This document shows positions 1-7,334 of a stretch of 64,000 bases of DNA, in pieces. The stretch is taken from positions 237 to 64,236 of the forward strand of contig DATAVX010000105.1 of assembly GCA_036267535.1 (NCBI GenBank), in the 5' to 3' direction. Below the pieces are notes generated by a model, which saw only the letters and a list, made by a program, of their open reading frames with translations, ran no database searches and was not told the DNA's origin. The translations under genes were made by a program, and so were the position numbers. The first letter of the stretch is position 1; each line of letters begins with the position of its first letter. This stretch comes from Steroidobacteraceae bacterium. Its GTDB lineage: Bacteria; Pseudomonadota; Gammaproteobacteria; Steroidobacterales; Steroidobacteraceae.

Positions 1-1
1 T

Positions 2-55
2 GCTGAGCCAAGCGAATCGGTTGTGCGAGAGGAGGATTTCGAGGCCCTGCGTTGA
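2..55 (+). CDS. 3' end of a putative antitoxin gene (partial, runs off the window start)
   Basis: The open frame ...AEPSESVVREEDFEALR* ends at TGA 53-55, 2 nt before the ATG (58) of the PIN toxin gene. That is the usual antitoxin position in vapBC/phd-type pairs. The fragment is too short for any homology call. Confidence 0.35.
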   Translation, partial: AEPSESVVREEDFEALR

Positions 56-57
56 TC

Positions 58-453
58 ATGCTTCTCGACACGCATTTCTGGATCTGGTGGCTTACACCAA
101 AGTCGCCTCTCAAGTCCGCAGAAAGAAATGCGCTGGATGCCGCGGCGGAGGCTGGAGGCGTGTACCTGGCTGCGATCAGTTTATGGGAGGCGCAGCTTCT
201 GCACTCCAAACAGCGCCTGCAGCTACCACTGCCGTTTTCTGATTGGTTGAGCCGCGCGACGGAATCGCAAGTTCTGACGATTCTGCCCCTCGATCGAGAT
301 GTCGTAATTGCGGCAGACAGTTTGCCCACGCGATTTCACGGCGATCCCGCCGATCGACTCATCGTGGCGACGGCCCGTACTCACGGTATCCCGCTAGCGA
401 CGCGTGATCGCGCAATTCGGCGCTCTCGCACCGCCAAGCTGTGGTCTCCGTGA
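58..453 (+). CDS. vapC: PIN-domain ribonuclease toxin (VapC family)
   Basis: MLLDTHFWIWW... has the PIN acidic residues in the expected order (LLDTH, SLWE, DPADRLI, ATRD). It is about 130 aa and sits directly after a small upstream ORF. The ORF track starts at TTG 52; ATG 58 is preferred. Confidence 0.85.
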   Translation: MLLDTHFWIWWLTPKSPLKSAERNALDAAAEAGGVYLAAISLWEAQLLHSKQRLQLPLPFSDWLSRATESQVLTILPLDRDVVIAADSLPTRFHGDPADRLIVATARTHGIPLATRDRAIRRSRTAKLWSP

Positions 454-510
454 CTCTGCCGATGAGCAGCTATCGGCATGACCGGGAGTGCTTTCGCGTT
501 ACCCGGGTGC

Positions 511-831
511 CTACTCCGAGCCGGATTCCTGTGTATCGCGCGGCCTTCCAGCGACATAGCGCCGCTCACCCGTGCGCGGGTCAAACATTACTTCAACGGG
601 TTGCCCGCTCGACGGGTCGATAAATTGCTCTTCGGTCCGCTCCCAGTTCCCCTTCAGAGGTTTCTCGATGCGACGGTAACGCCAGCGCTCGAACAGCGTG
701 CCTATGAGCACAATCACGCCGATGGCGAGTGCCTGCCAGCCAGGCGCGTGAACTCCGCAGGCTATGAGTACGGCTCCAGCGCATGTAAGGATTGCGCCCA
801 CCGCGATCACAATTACCCTCAACATGATCAA
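511..831 (-). CDS. Small two-TM membrane protein, unknown function
   Basis: Two hydrophobic helices (VIVIAVGAILTCAGAVLIACG and WQALAIGVIVLIGTLF) are followed by a charged tail. Its start overlaps the stop of the YbjQ-family gene by 4 nt (ATGA), which suggests translational coupling. Confidence 0.55.
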   Translation of the reverse strand: MIMLRVIVIAVGAILTCAGAVLIACGVHAPGWQALAIGVIVLIGTLFERWRYRRIEKPLKGNWERTEEQFIDPSSGQPVEVMFDPRTGERRYVAGRPRDTQESGSE

Positions 832-1151
832 GCCACCGGCTCCAGCACCACTGCCGTTCCGTATGCGACGATCTCGCTCATCGTCTGGCCAATCTCGGCC
901 GAATCGAATCGCATCATGACAATGGCATTGGCGTGCATGAGATTCGCGTTGCGGACCATCCGGTCGACCGCGTGACGGCGGGCCTCCTCGAGCAATTGTG
1001 TGTACTCGGTGATTTCGCCGCCGACGATTGAGCGCAGCCCCGCCATGATATTGCCGCCGAGCCCTCGGCTTCTGACCACAACGCCGAACACCTGACCCTT
1101 GACCTCGCGCACGCGATGTCCGGGCACGTTTTCTGTTGTCACGACAAGCAC
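828..1151 (-). CDS. YbjQ/UPF0145 family protein (putative heavy-metal-binding domain)
   Basis: At 107 aa it carries typical family blocks: VTTENVPGHRV, GVVVRSRGLGGNIMAGLRSIVGGEI, AVDRM, and NAIVMMRFDS...VAYGTAV. Confidence 0.85.
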   Translation of the reverse strand: MLVVTTENVPGHRVREVKGQVFGVVVRSRGLGGNIMAGLRSIVGGEITEYTQLLEEARRHAVDRMVRNANLMHANAIVMMRFDSAEIGQTMSEIVAYGTAVVLEPVA

Positions 1152-1244
1152 GGCACCCCCGAAGTAGTTGAAAGCGGTTCTAGTAGGCTAACCCGAACTG
1201 GTCCTCTCTGCCACGCACGGCGGAGTCGCACACGCCCTTCCCGA

Positions 1245-2708
1245 TCAGTCCTTGCCGCGCTGGCTTTCGCTCCGGTTGCGTTCACGCTGGCGCCAACCGC
1301 GGATGCCCAAATTGAGCGCGAGCCATCCGGTCAATGCAGCGAACGGCCACCCGATCGCCGCCGGCCACAGCACTGCAACCACGGCAATCACCGCGCATAC
1401 TATCGCGGTCGTCAACCAGGGAACTCCCGCCTCGCCGAGCACCCGGGTATTGCCGAGCGCGGCACGCACGCTATTTGCAATACGCAGCGCCCCGGCCGCC
1501 GCTCGCCCGGAACTGCCTCCGGTGCGAGCCGTCCTCGGAACTCGTGGGTTGCCGCGCTGAATCTGCTCGCCGCGGCGAAAACGACGTGGCGCCAGCACGA
1601 TTTCCGTGGCGTTTTGCAGATCAACTTCGTACTGGGCCGCGAGCAGGCCGGCGAAACCGGCATCCTCGACGGCAATGTCGACCTCGCAATTGCCGAGCCA
1701 ACTTGAAATGTTGAGATTGGAAGATCCCACGCGCGCCCATTGGCCGTCGGCCACGGCCGTCTTTGCGTGCAACATTGAGCCGTTCCACTCAAACACTCGA
1801 ATGCCAGCCTTGAGTAGCGGCCGATAGCCGCTGCGGGACATACGCGCAACCACGGGAATATCGCTGCTGCCTGGAACAAGTAAACGCACGTCGACACCGT
1901 CACGCGCTGCCGCGACGAGCGCCTGCACATAGGGTGTCACGCCGACAAAATAAGCATCGGAAAGCCATAGGGTTTTACGGGCCATCGCGGCGATCTGCTG
2001 ATCAAGGCGATATACGCTGCCGCTGACGGGCTGCGTGGCAATGACCCGCAATGCCACGGACCCTGCTGGGCCGGAAGCATTCGAGGAAAACGCGACGAGC
2101 GCAGGGCCGGCGGCATTCCAGCTTTGTACAAAAGCGTCTTCGAGTTCGGCTACCGCCGGTCCTCGCAGTTCAACACCGGTGTCGCGCCATGGGGGGATGT
2201 TGTGCGCCGGCTTGCCTAGCCATTTGGCACTGACGCACACGCCGGACAGAGATCCGTAGATGCCATCCACGACTAGAAGTTTGCGATGATCGCGGCTCAT
2301 CCAGCCGAATGGCTCTCCGAGCCTGGGCGGATTGAATACTCGTACCTGACCACCCGCGGCGCGCAACGGCGCCCAAAAGGCGCTGCGTGATTGACCGAGA
2401 CAGCCGAACCAATCGACAACGACGAGGATCACGACTCCGGCCGCAGCACGCTCCGTCAGCGCGTCGCGGAAACGGCGACCGACATCATCATTGCGGAAAA
2501 TATAGTTCTCCAGCAGCACGCGCTGCTGTGCGCCCCGGATTGCCTTGAGCCACGCGTCGAAATGCGCGGCAGCGTCGATCAGCAGTTCCAAGGCGTTGCC
2601 CCCGATCAGCGGCGCACCGGCCGCGCGGCTCAAGGCCTGCTCAGCTAGTAAGCGAAGTGGTTTCGCGGAGGACGATTCGGTCGCAGCCATGCAGGCAGTG
2701 TATGACAA
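1245..2708 (-). CDS. Phospholipase D / cardiolipin-synthase-like protein with a C-terminal membrane anchor
   Basis: Two HKD motifs are present (SRDHRKLLVVDG and MLHAKTAVADGQWARVGSSNLN). Two predicted C-terminal TM helices follow (WLTTAIVCAVIAVVAVLW and FAALTGWLALNLGI). Confidence 0.85.
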   Translation of the reverse strand: MSYTACMAATESSSAKPLRLLAEQALSRAAGAPLIGGNALELLIDAAAHFDAWLKAIRGAQQRVLLENYIFRNDDVGRRFRDALTERAAAGVVILVVVDWFGCLGQSRSAFWAPLRAAGGQVRVFNPPRLGEPFGWMSRDHRKLLVVDGIYGSLSGVCVSAKWLGKPAHNIPPWRDTGVELRGPAVAELEDAFVQSWNAAGPALVAFSSNASGPAGSVALRVIATQPVSGSVYRLDQQIAAMARKTLWLSDAYFVGVTPYVQALVAAARDGVDVRLLVPGSSDIPVVARMSRSGYRPLLKAGIRVFEWNGSMLHAKTAVADGQWARVGSSNLNISSWLGNCEVDIAVEDAGFAGLLAAQYEVDLQNATEIVLAPRRFRRGEQIQRGNPRVPRTARTGGSSGRAAAGALRIANSVRAALGNTRVLGEAGVPWLTTAIVCAVIAVVAVLWPAAIGWPFAALTGWLALNLGIRGWRQRERNRSESQRGKD

Positions 2709-2798
2709 CGCTCAAGAATTCCCAGCGCTGAGCGCGGCACCGGCCAGGTCAATTGCGTCCGTTTAGGTCGGCCCGCTGCTGTGGGTGCGCCTGTAATC

Positions 2799-3002
2799 CT
2801 AGTCCCGCGCCAGCATGAAGCGAGCATCCTTGGCTTTCCACTTTCCTTGTACGGGCGTCGCCGCGCACGAGTAATCAGCCGCGACGTTCGACGCAGCTAC
2901 GTTCAATGCGTCGCGGCACTGCTCCAGGCTAGGGTACACGGCCACCGCCTGAGTTCCGCCCGCATGTATTTGAGCGACTAGAACGAACAGCATGAATTTC
3001 AT
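2799..3002 (-). CDS. Small secreted protein, unknown function
   Basis: MKFMLFVLVAQIHAGG looks like a signal peptide. The mature part is about 50 aa with 2 Cys. The start is taken at the internal ATG (3002) of the 91-aa ORF. I recognised no homology. Confidence 0.4.
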   Translation of the reverse strand: MKFMLFVLVAQIHAGGTQAVAVYPSLEQCRDALNVAASNVAADYSCAATPVQGKWKAKDARFMLARD

Positions 3003-3513
3003 TGAATGACCCCCTTCTTCGAGATTGCTTTGCCAACACCGCAGCGGATCGACAGCGACCCTGCCGATATTCACCCGGTGCGTGTCTTATCTGCGCTTGT
3101 TTCGAATTCTGGCAGCGACCATCGGCGTGATCTGAGTCGCGACTCGCGACAAATGCGATCGCCAGCCAAGTCCAGGAGCCGTGCAGAACGGAATAGATAC
3201 AAGAATCTGTTGTAGGGAATGCCCGTTACCGCTGCGCCGCATACCACCCCCTGTAGGGATTAGCTCAAGGAACGAATCTATGAACTGTGAAGCATGTTCT
3301 GTGGATCTTCGATGCATGGCAACCCGCCGCGGCAAAACCATGGTGTCTATCGCGGATCCAAATAGGTTATGTCACCACCGGCCGATGGCATCGTAATTGG
3401 GCTCGCGGCCGTCGAGCGTCACCGATTGTCGGATGGCCTGTCAGGGGGAAAGGGCGGCAGGTTGATTTCGTCATCCTTATGCGACTTGTCGCCGAGGATT
3501 GACGTTGCCCGTC

Positions 3514-3936
3514 TTACTTCTTCCGCATTACCTCCAGCAACTTCGCCCACTGCTTACCCACGGCAGCACATCTCTGCTGCGTGTAGAAGGATTCGTCTTC
3601 TGAAATTTCTTTCTTCATCTTATTCCAACCATCTTGCACATACACCGATTGGTCCGCCGCCGGGTTCGTCGCCCATGTTTTCTCCAAGAACGCCTTTGCA
3701 ATCTCCTCGGCATTTTGACTGCCTTTGGGAAGAAAACCCCTTTTCACGCATAGATCGTACTGTGAAGCCGTGCCGCCGAAAAAAATCCCGAACTGCCTAG
3801 CCTGAGCTTGCCCCTGCGTATCGGTGGTCGGTTCGGGCCCGTTACCCGCATGTACCAGTCCGCCGACCGGTAACATGAGGGCAAAGACGGCGATCCGCTT
3901 TTTCGTCCCATGCCATTTGCGTTTCTCAATCGTCAT
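3514..3936 (-). CDS. Secreted or membrane-anchored hypothetical protein
   Basis: The start is chosen at ATG 3936, 8 nt downstream of an AGGAGG (3945-3950). The N-terminus has a basic n-region plus the hydrophobic stretch IAVFALMLPVGGLV. Composition is visibly lower in GC and richer in Lys than the neighbouring genes. I recognised no family. Confidence 0.55.
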   Translation of the reverse strand: MTIEKRKWHGTKKRIAVFALMLPVGGLVHAGNGPEPTTDTQGQAQARQFGIFFGGTASQYDLCVKRGFLPKGSQNAEEIAKAFLEKTWATNPAADQSVYVQDGWNKMKKEISEDESFYTQQRCAAVGKQWAKLLEVMRKK

Positions 3937-4251
3937 TCGCATGACCTCCTTTCGCCAATCCACGTGCCGCCCAAGGTTAACCAATCCTGAGTAGCAGACG
4001 ATTGTCAGCCACCGAGCAGACTGTGGAGTATTTTTCTCTACTCCGTCCGTGGATTAATGAGATCAACGCCACAATTCTCAAGGCGGCGATGCGCACCGTT
4101 TCATCGAGCGGCTGCTCGTGATTTGCCGACAGCGGCCCACGCTGCGCACAGGGACCCGGGTCTAATCATATCCACAGACCATTGATTTTATTAATAACTG
4201 AGGTCTGAGAGGTCCGGGGGGTATTAATCACCTACCGTTGACCTGGCGTGA

Positions 4252-4401
4252 CTGTGCCCGTTTAGCGGCTATCTGGGCGACGAGTCACCATCGCGGGTTC
4301 GCGAAGCTTATGGAGAGAACTATTCGCGCTTGGCGACGCTCAAGCGAAAATTCGATCCCACGAATGTCTTTCGGCTAAATCAAAATATTACTCCGGCTTG
4401 A
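4252..4401 (+). pseudogene. C-terminal remnant of a berberine-bridge-enzyme-like (BBE) FAD-linked oxidase
   Basis: The frame reads ...GYLGDESPSRVREAYGENYSRLATLKRKFDPTNVFRLNQNITPA*. This is the characteristic BBE C-terminal signature (YG.NY.RL...K..YDP.NvF..NQNI.P). A TGA at 4249-4251 closes the frame and there is no FAD-binding domain upstream. Confidence 0.6.
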
Positions 4402-4428
4402 CGCGGCATCGTTGCGGGCGGCGCGGCT

Positions 4429-4644
4429 TTAGCGCTGCAGATCTCTTTCAATGATGTCGGCGATTCGCGCGCTGATCCGCGTCGCCTCCACGCGCAGGGC
4501 GGCGATCTCCACTTGCAAAATGTAGTGTCGATTGGAGTGATGTTCCAGCGTGTCGCGCTCCGCCTCGAGGCTCGTGGCCTCGGCCGACAGCAGCCTTTGC
4601 CGTGCATAAAGGGAGTCGAGGTGGTCTTGGGCGCCAATGGGCAT
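4429..4644 (-). CDS. Hypothetical 71-aa coiled-coil protein (possibly itself a gene fragment)
   Basis: Codon usage has high GC3 and the sequence is heptad-like (LEAERDTLE...VEIAALRVEATRISARIADIIERDL). There is no Shine-Dalgarno sequence and no recognisable family. It lies inside a region of gene remnants. Confidence 0.3.
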   Translation of the reverse strand: MPIGAQDHLDSLYARQRLLSAEATSLEAERDTLEHHSNRHYILQVEIAALRVEATRISARIADIIERDLQR

Positions 4645-4774
4645 GACGTTACTGTACGTGATCGGGGCCGGGAAAGCCCAGTGTTGCGAAGCGGCATAAC
4701 TCCTCGATCGTCATCGTCACAAGCGGCCTTCGCCGCGCGTCTTATTATCAGCGCTGGTGAACAAAGGGGCTGCC

Positions 4775-5195
4775 ATGAAAGTATTCATTGCTGGGGCAAC
4801 CGGTGTCGTCGGCCGCCGAGCCATTCCACTCATGATTGCCGCCGGCCACCCAGTAACCGCGGTGGCGCGTACGGTCGAAAGCGGCGCGGCTCTCCTTCGC
4901 ATGGGAGACCGCACTCGACCTGCCGGCGGGAATTTATAATGTCGCTGACGATGAGCCGCTGCGCCGCCGCGAATTCTCCGCAGCACTGGCAGGTGCTCTG
5001 CGCACGCGCTTGCCGAAGTCTTTGCCGCAGTGGCTCGCCCATGTAACCGGCTCGCTCGGCGAACTCTTATCGCGCTCGGAGCGGATCTCCAATCAGAAAC
5101 TGCGCAACACCGGATGGGCCCCTAAATACCGCAGCATGCGCGAAGGGTGGCCGGCAACGCTTAGCGAGCTATCTGAGTTGGAACACGCGGCATGA
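4775..5195 (+). pseudogene. NAD(P)-dependent epimerase/dehydratase-family gene with a large internal deletion and a frame change
   Basis: The N-terminal Rossmann start MKVFIAGATGVVGRRAIPLMIAAGHPVTAVAR reads in the frame of 4775. From about 4905 a different frame reads ETALDLPAGIYNVADDEPLRRREFSAALAGAL...NQKLRNTGWAPKY, which is the typical C-terminal end of the family. About 170 central residues are missing. Confidence 0.65.
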
Positions 5196-5402
5196 GGAGG
5201 GACTGAGAACCGCGGTCTTTTTGGACGCCGACGTGTCCTATAATTGACCTTTATTTGTATATTTAACCTATTGAGTTATAAGTACTAAATCGCGTTACAG
5301 TTCGCCCAGATAGACCGTGCATCCTTTGAGTCCGCTAATGCATGCGGGAATGCACGGGTGTATTGTTTTATAGGAAAACTTCTGTGTTCGTAGATTATCG
5401 CA

Positions 5403-6368
5403 ATGAGGGCCTCGAAAAAGATGTTCACATTGTCGCGAAGGGATTTTTTGGCAGCAACAACGGCACTCCTGGCGGCCCGAGCCAGCGTTGCTTCAAACGC
5501 CCACCCCTTTTTCCAACGCACCGGTCTGCCCATAGGACTGCAGCTTTATACCGTCGGCGATGATCTGAATCGAGATTTTGACGGGACCTTGGCAGCGGTT
5601 GCAAAAATCGGCTATCGCACAGTCGAATTGGCCGGCCTGGCGAACCGCACCGTGGCCGATTGGCGTCAGGCGCTCGATCGCACGCAGCTGAAATGTCCTT
5701 CGATCCATGTTCCTCCCCACGCGAAGTCGGGCGCCAGCTTGGATGATCTTGGAGCACTGGCGGAGACGGCGCATGCCCTGGGTATCGGCACGATTATTTG
5801 CCCGATGTTCAACATGCCCGAGCGCTTTACTGTGCAGCCGTTGCCCGGCGAAGACAGCGGCAGAACGTTGGCTCGGCTCGTCGCTTCCATGACGCTGGAT
5901 GATTGGAAGTCGAACGCGGAGTATCTCAACGCCAAGGGCAAAGCGCTGCAGCAGTATGGACTTCGCTTCGGCTATCACAATCACAACGTCGAACTCGCAC
6001 CGATCGGCAACAGCAACGGACTGGCTGAATTGATACGCGGCACCGATCCTGCGCTCGTGACGTTCGAGATGGATGCAGGCTGGGTGGTCGCGGCGGGAGC
6101 GGACCCGCTGGCGCTGTTGGCCGCGCATCCGCGCCGCTTTAGCGCAATGCACGTAAAGGACGTCAAGGCCGGCACGCGTCCCAATTTCAGCCTGCGGCAA
6201 GATCCCTGTGAAGTTGGACAGGGCATCATCGATTGGAAGACGCTGTTGGCGAGGGCGCACGCGTCGAATGTGCGTCAGTTCTATGTGGAGCAAGAGCCGC
6301 CCTTCAATAAGCCGCGGCTTGAATCCGCGGCCATCAGTTTCAACTTTCTCAACAGCTTGGTGGCTTGA
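5403..6368 (+). CDS. Tat-exported sugar phosphate isomerase/epimerase (xylose-isomerase-like TIM barrel)
   Basis: A twin-arginine signal (LSRRDFLAATTALLAARASVA) is followed by TIM-barrel family blocks (YRTVELAG, GYHNHNVEL, MDAGW, FYVEQE). Confidence 0.85.
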   Translation: MRASKKMFTLSRRDFLAATTALLAARASVASNAHPFFQRTGLPIGLQLYTVGDDLNRDFDGTLAAVAKIGYRTVELAGLANRTVADWRQALDRTQLKCPSIHVPPHAKSGASLDDLGALAETAHALGIGTIICPMFNMPERFTVQPLPGEDSGRTLARLVASMTLDDWKSNAEYLNAKGKALQQYGLRFGYHNHNVELAPIGNSNGLAELIRGTDPALVTFEMDAGWVVAAGADPLALLAAHPRRFSAMHVKDVKAGTRPNFSLRQDPCEVGQGIIDWKTLLARAHASNVRQFYVEQEPPFNKPRLESAAISFNFLNSLVA

Positions 6369-6373
6369 GCGCC

Positions 6374-7192
6374 ATGCCCAGCCGCAAAGTCGCCACGGGC
6401 ACCATTCGAGTCGGCGTCGGCGGCTGGACCTACGAGCCCTGGCGCGGCACTTTCTATCCCGCCGATTTGCCGCAAAAGCGCGAGCTCGAACACGCCAGCC
6501 GTCAATTCACTTCAATCGAGATCAATGGCACCTACTACGGCGCCCAAAAGCCCGCCAGTTACGAGAAATGGCACGACGAGACGCCGGATGATTTCGTTTT
6601 TTCGCTGAAGGCCCCGCGTTTCGCCGTGAATCGCACCGTCCTGGCCGAAGCCGGCAACAGCATCGCGCGGTTCTTCGCCAGCGGTCTTACGGAGCTCAAG
6701 GAAAAGCTTGGACCAATCAATTGGCAATTTCTGCCGGGCAAGAAATTCGACCCTGCCGACTTCGCAGCATTCCTCAAGCTTCTGCCCCAAGAGGCGGGAG
6801 GCCGCTCGCTGCGTCACGTCGTCGAGGTGCGGCACGAGAGCTTCGCCACGCCTGATTTCATCGCATTGGCGCGAGAACATGGAGTCGGCGTGGTAATCGC
6901 GGGCGACTCGGCGTATCCGCAGATTGCCGACTTCACCGCGCCGTTCGTCTACGCCCGGATAATGGGCACTAAAGCGGAGGATGCGTCTGGTTACTCCGAG
7001 ACCGCTCTCGATCTTTGGGCCGCCCGCGCACGCGCATGGGCCTCGGGCAGTGCCGCGGAAGGCCTCACCTACGTGCAGCCCGGAGCGAGCGATGCCGTGC
7101 CTCGCGATGTGTACCTCTACGTGATCAGCGGCCACAAGGTCCGCAATCCCGCCGCTGCGGCGGCGCTGCTCAAGCGCCTCGCCCAAGCCTGA
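6374..7192 (+). CDS. DUF72 (YecE/UPF0759) family protein
   Basis: GVGGWTYEPWRGTFYPADLPQKRELEHASRQFTSIEINGTYYG is the hallmark DUF72 N-terminus. The start is taken at ATG 6374; the ORF track starts at TTG 6365, which overlaps the previous stop. Confidence 0.85.
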   Translation: MPSRKVATGTIRVGVGGWTYEPWRGTFYPADLPQKRELEHASRQFTSIEINGTYYGAQKPASYEKWHDETPDDFVFSLKAPRFAVNRTVLAEAGNSIARFFASGLTELKEKLGPINWQFLPGKKFDPADFAAFLKLLPQEAGGRSLRHVVEVRHESFATPDFIALAREHGVGVVIAGDSAYPQIADFTAPFVYARIMGTKAEDASGYSETALDLWAARARAWASGSAAEGLTYVQPGASDAVPRDVYLYVISGHKVRNPAAAAALLKRLAQA

Positions 7193-7334
7193 GCTTGCTC
7201 GACGGTCAGGGATGAGTCTGCTGCAGCGTCTGCCGCAGAAACGGCTGCAATTCCCTATCTGCCTGGCCGTGGGCGAAATCGGTAAACAGGACCGGCCAGA
7301 GCATCAACTCAAGCGCCAATTTAATTGTTCATAG

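Noticed and set aside
3075-3513. A 440-bp gap, examined for a missed gene, riboswitch or sRNA.
   Set aside because: Only short ORFs with implausible composition are present (for example 3087-3341 on the minus strand and 3181-3396 on the plus strand). I could see no conserved RNA motif, promoter/terminator pair or protein signature. It is left unannotated and folded into the decaying-islet finding.
4175-4207. Hairpin CAGACC-N21-GGTCTG whose loop contains the perfect palindrome TTATTAATAA (4188-4197).
   Set aside because: The stem is only 6 bp with an AT-rich 21-nt loop. There is no U-tract on either strand and no adjacent intact gene. I cannot distinguish it from chance within a decayed AT-rich tract.
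7193-7334. Weak stem-loops (TGCAGC-N16-GCTGCA and CTGGCCG-N22-CGGCCAG) between the convergent DUF72 and CocE/NonD-like genes, considered as terminators.
   Set aside because: The loops are long, the stems short, and there is no T-run on either strand.
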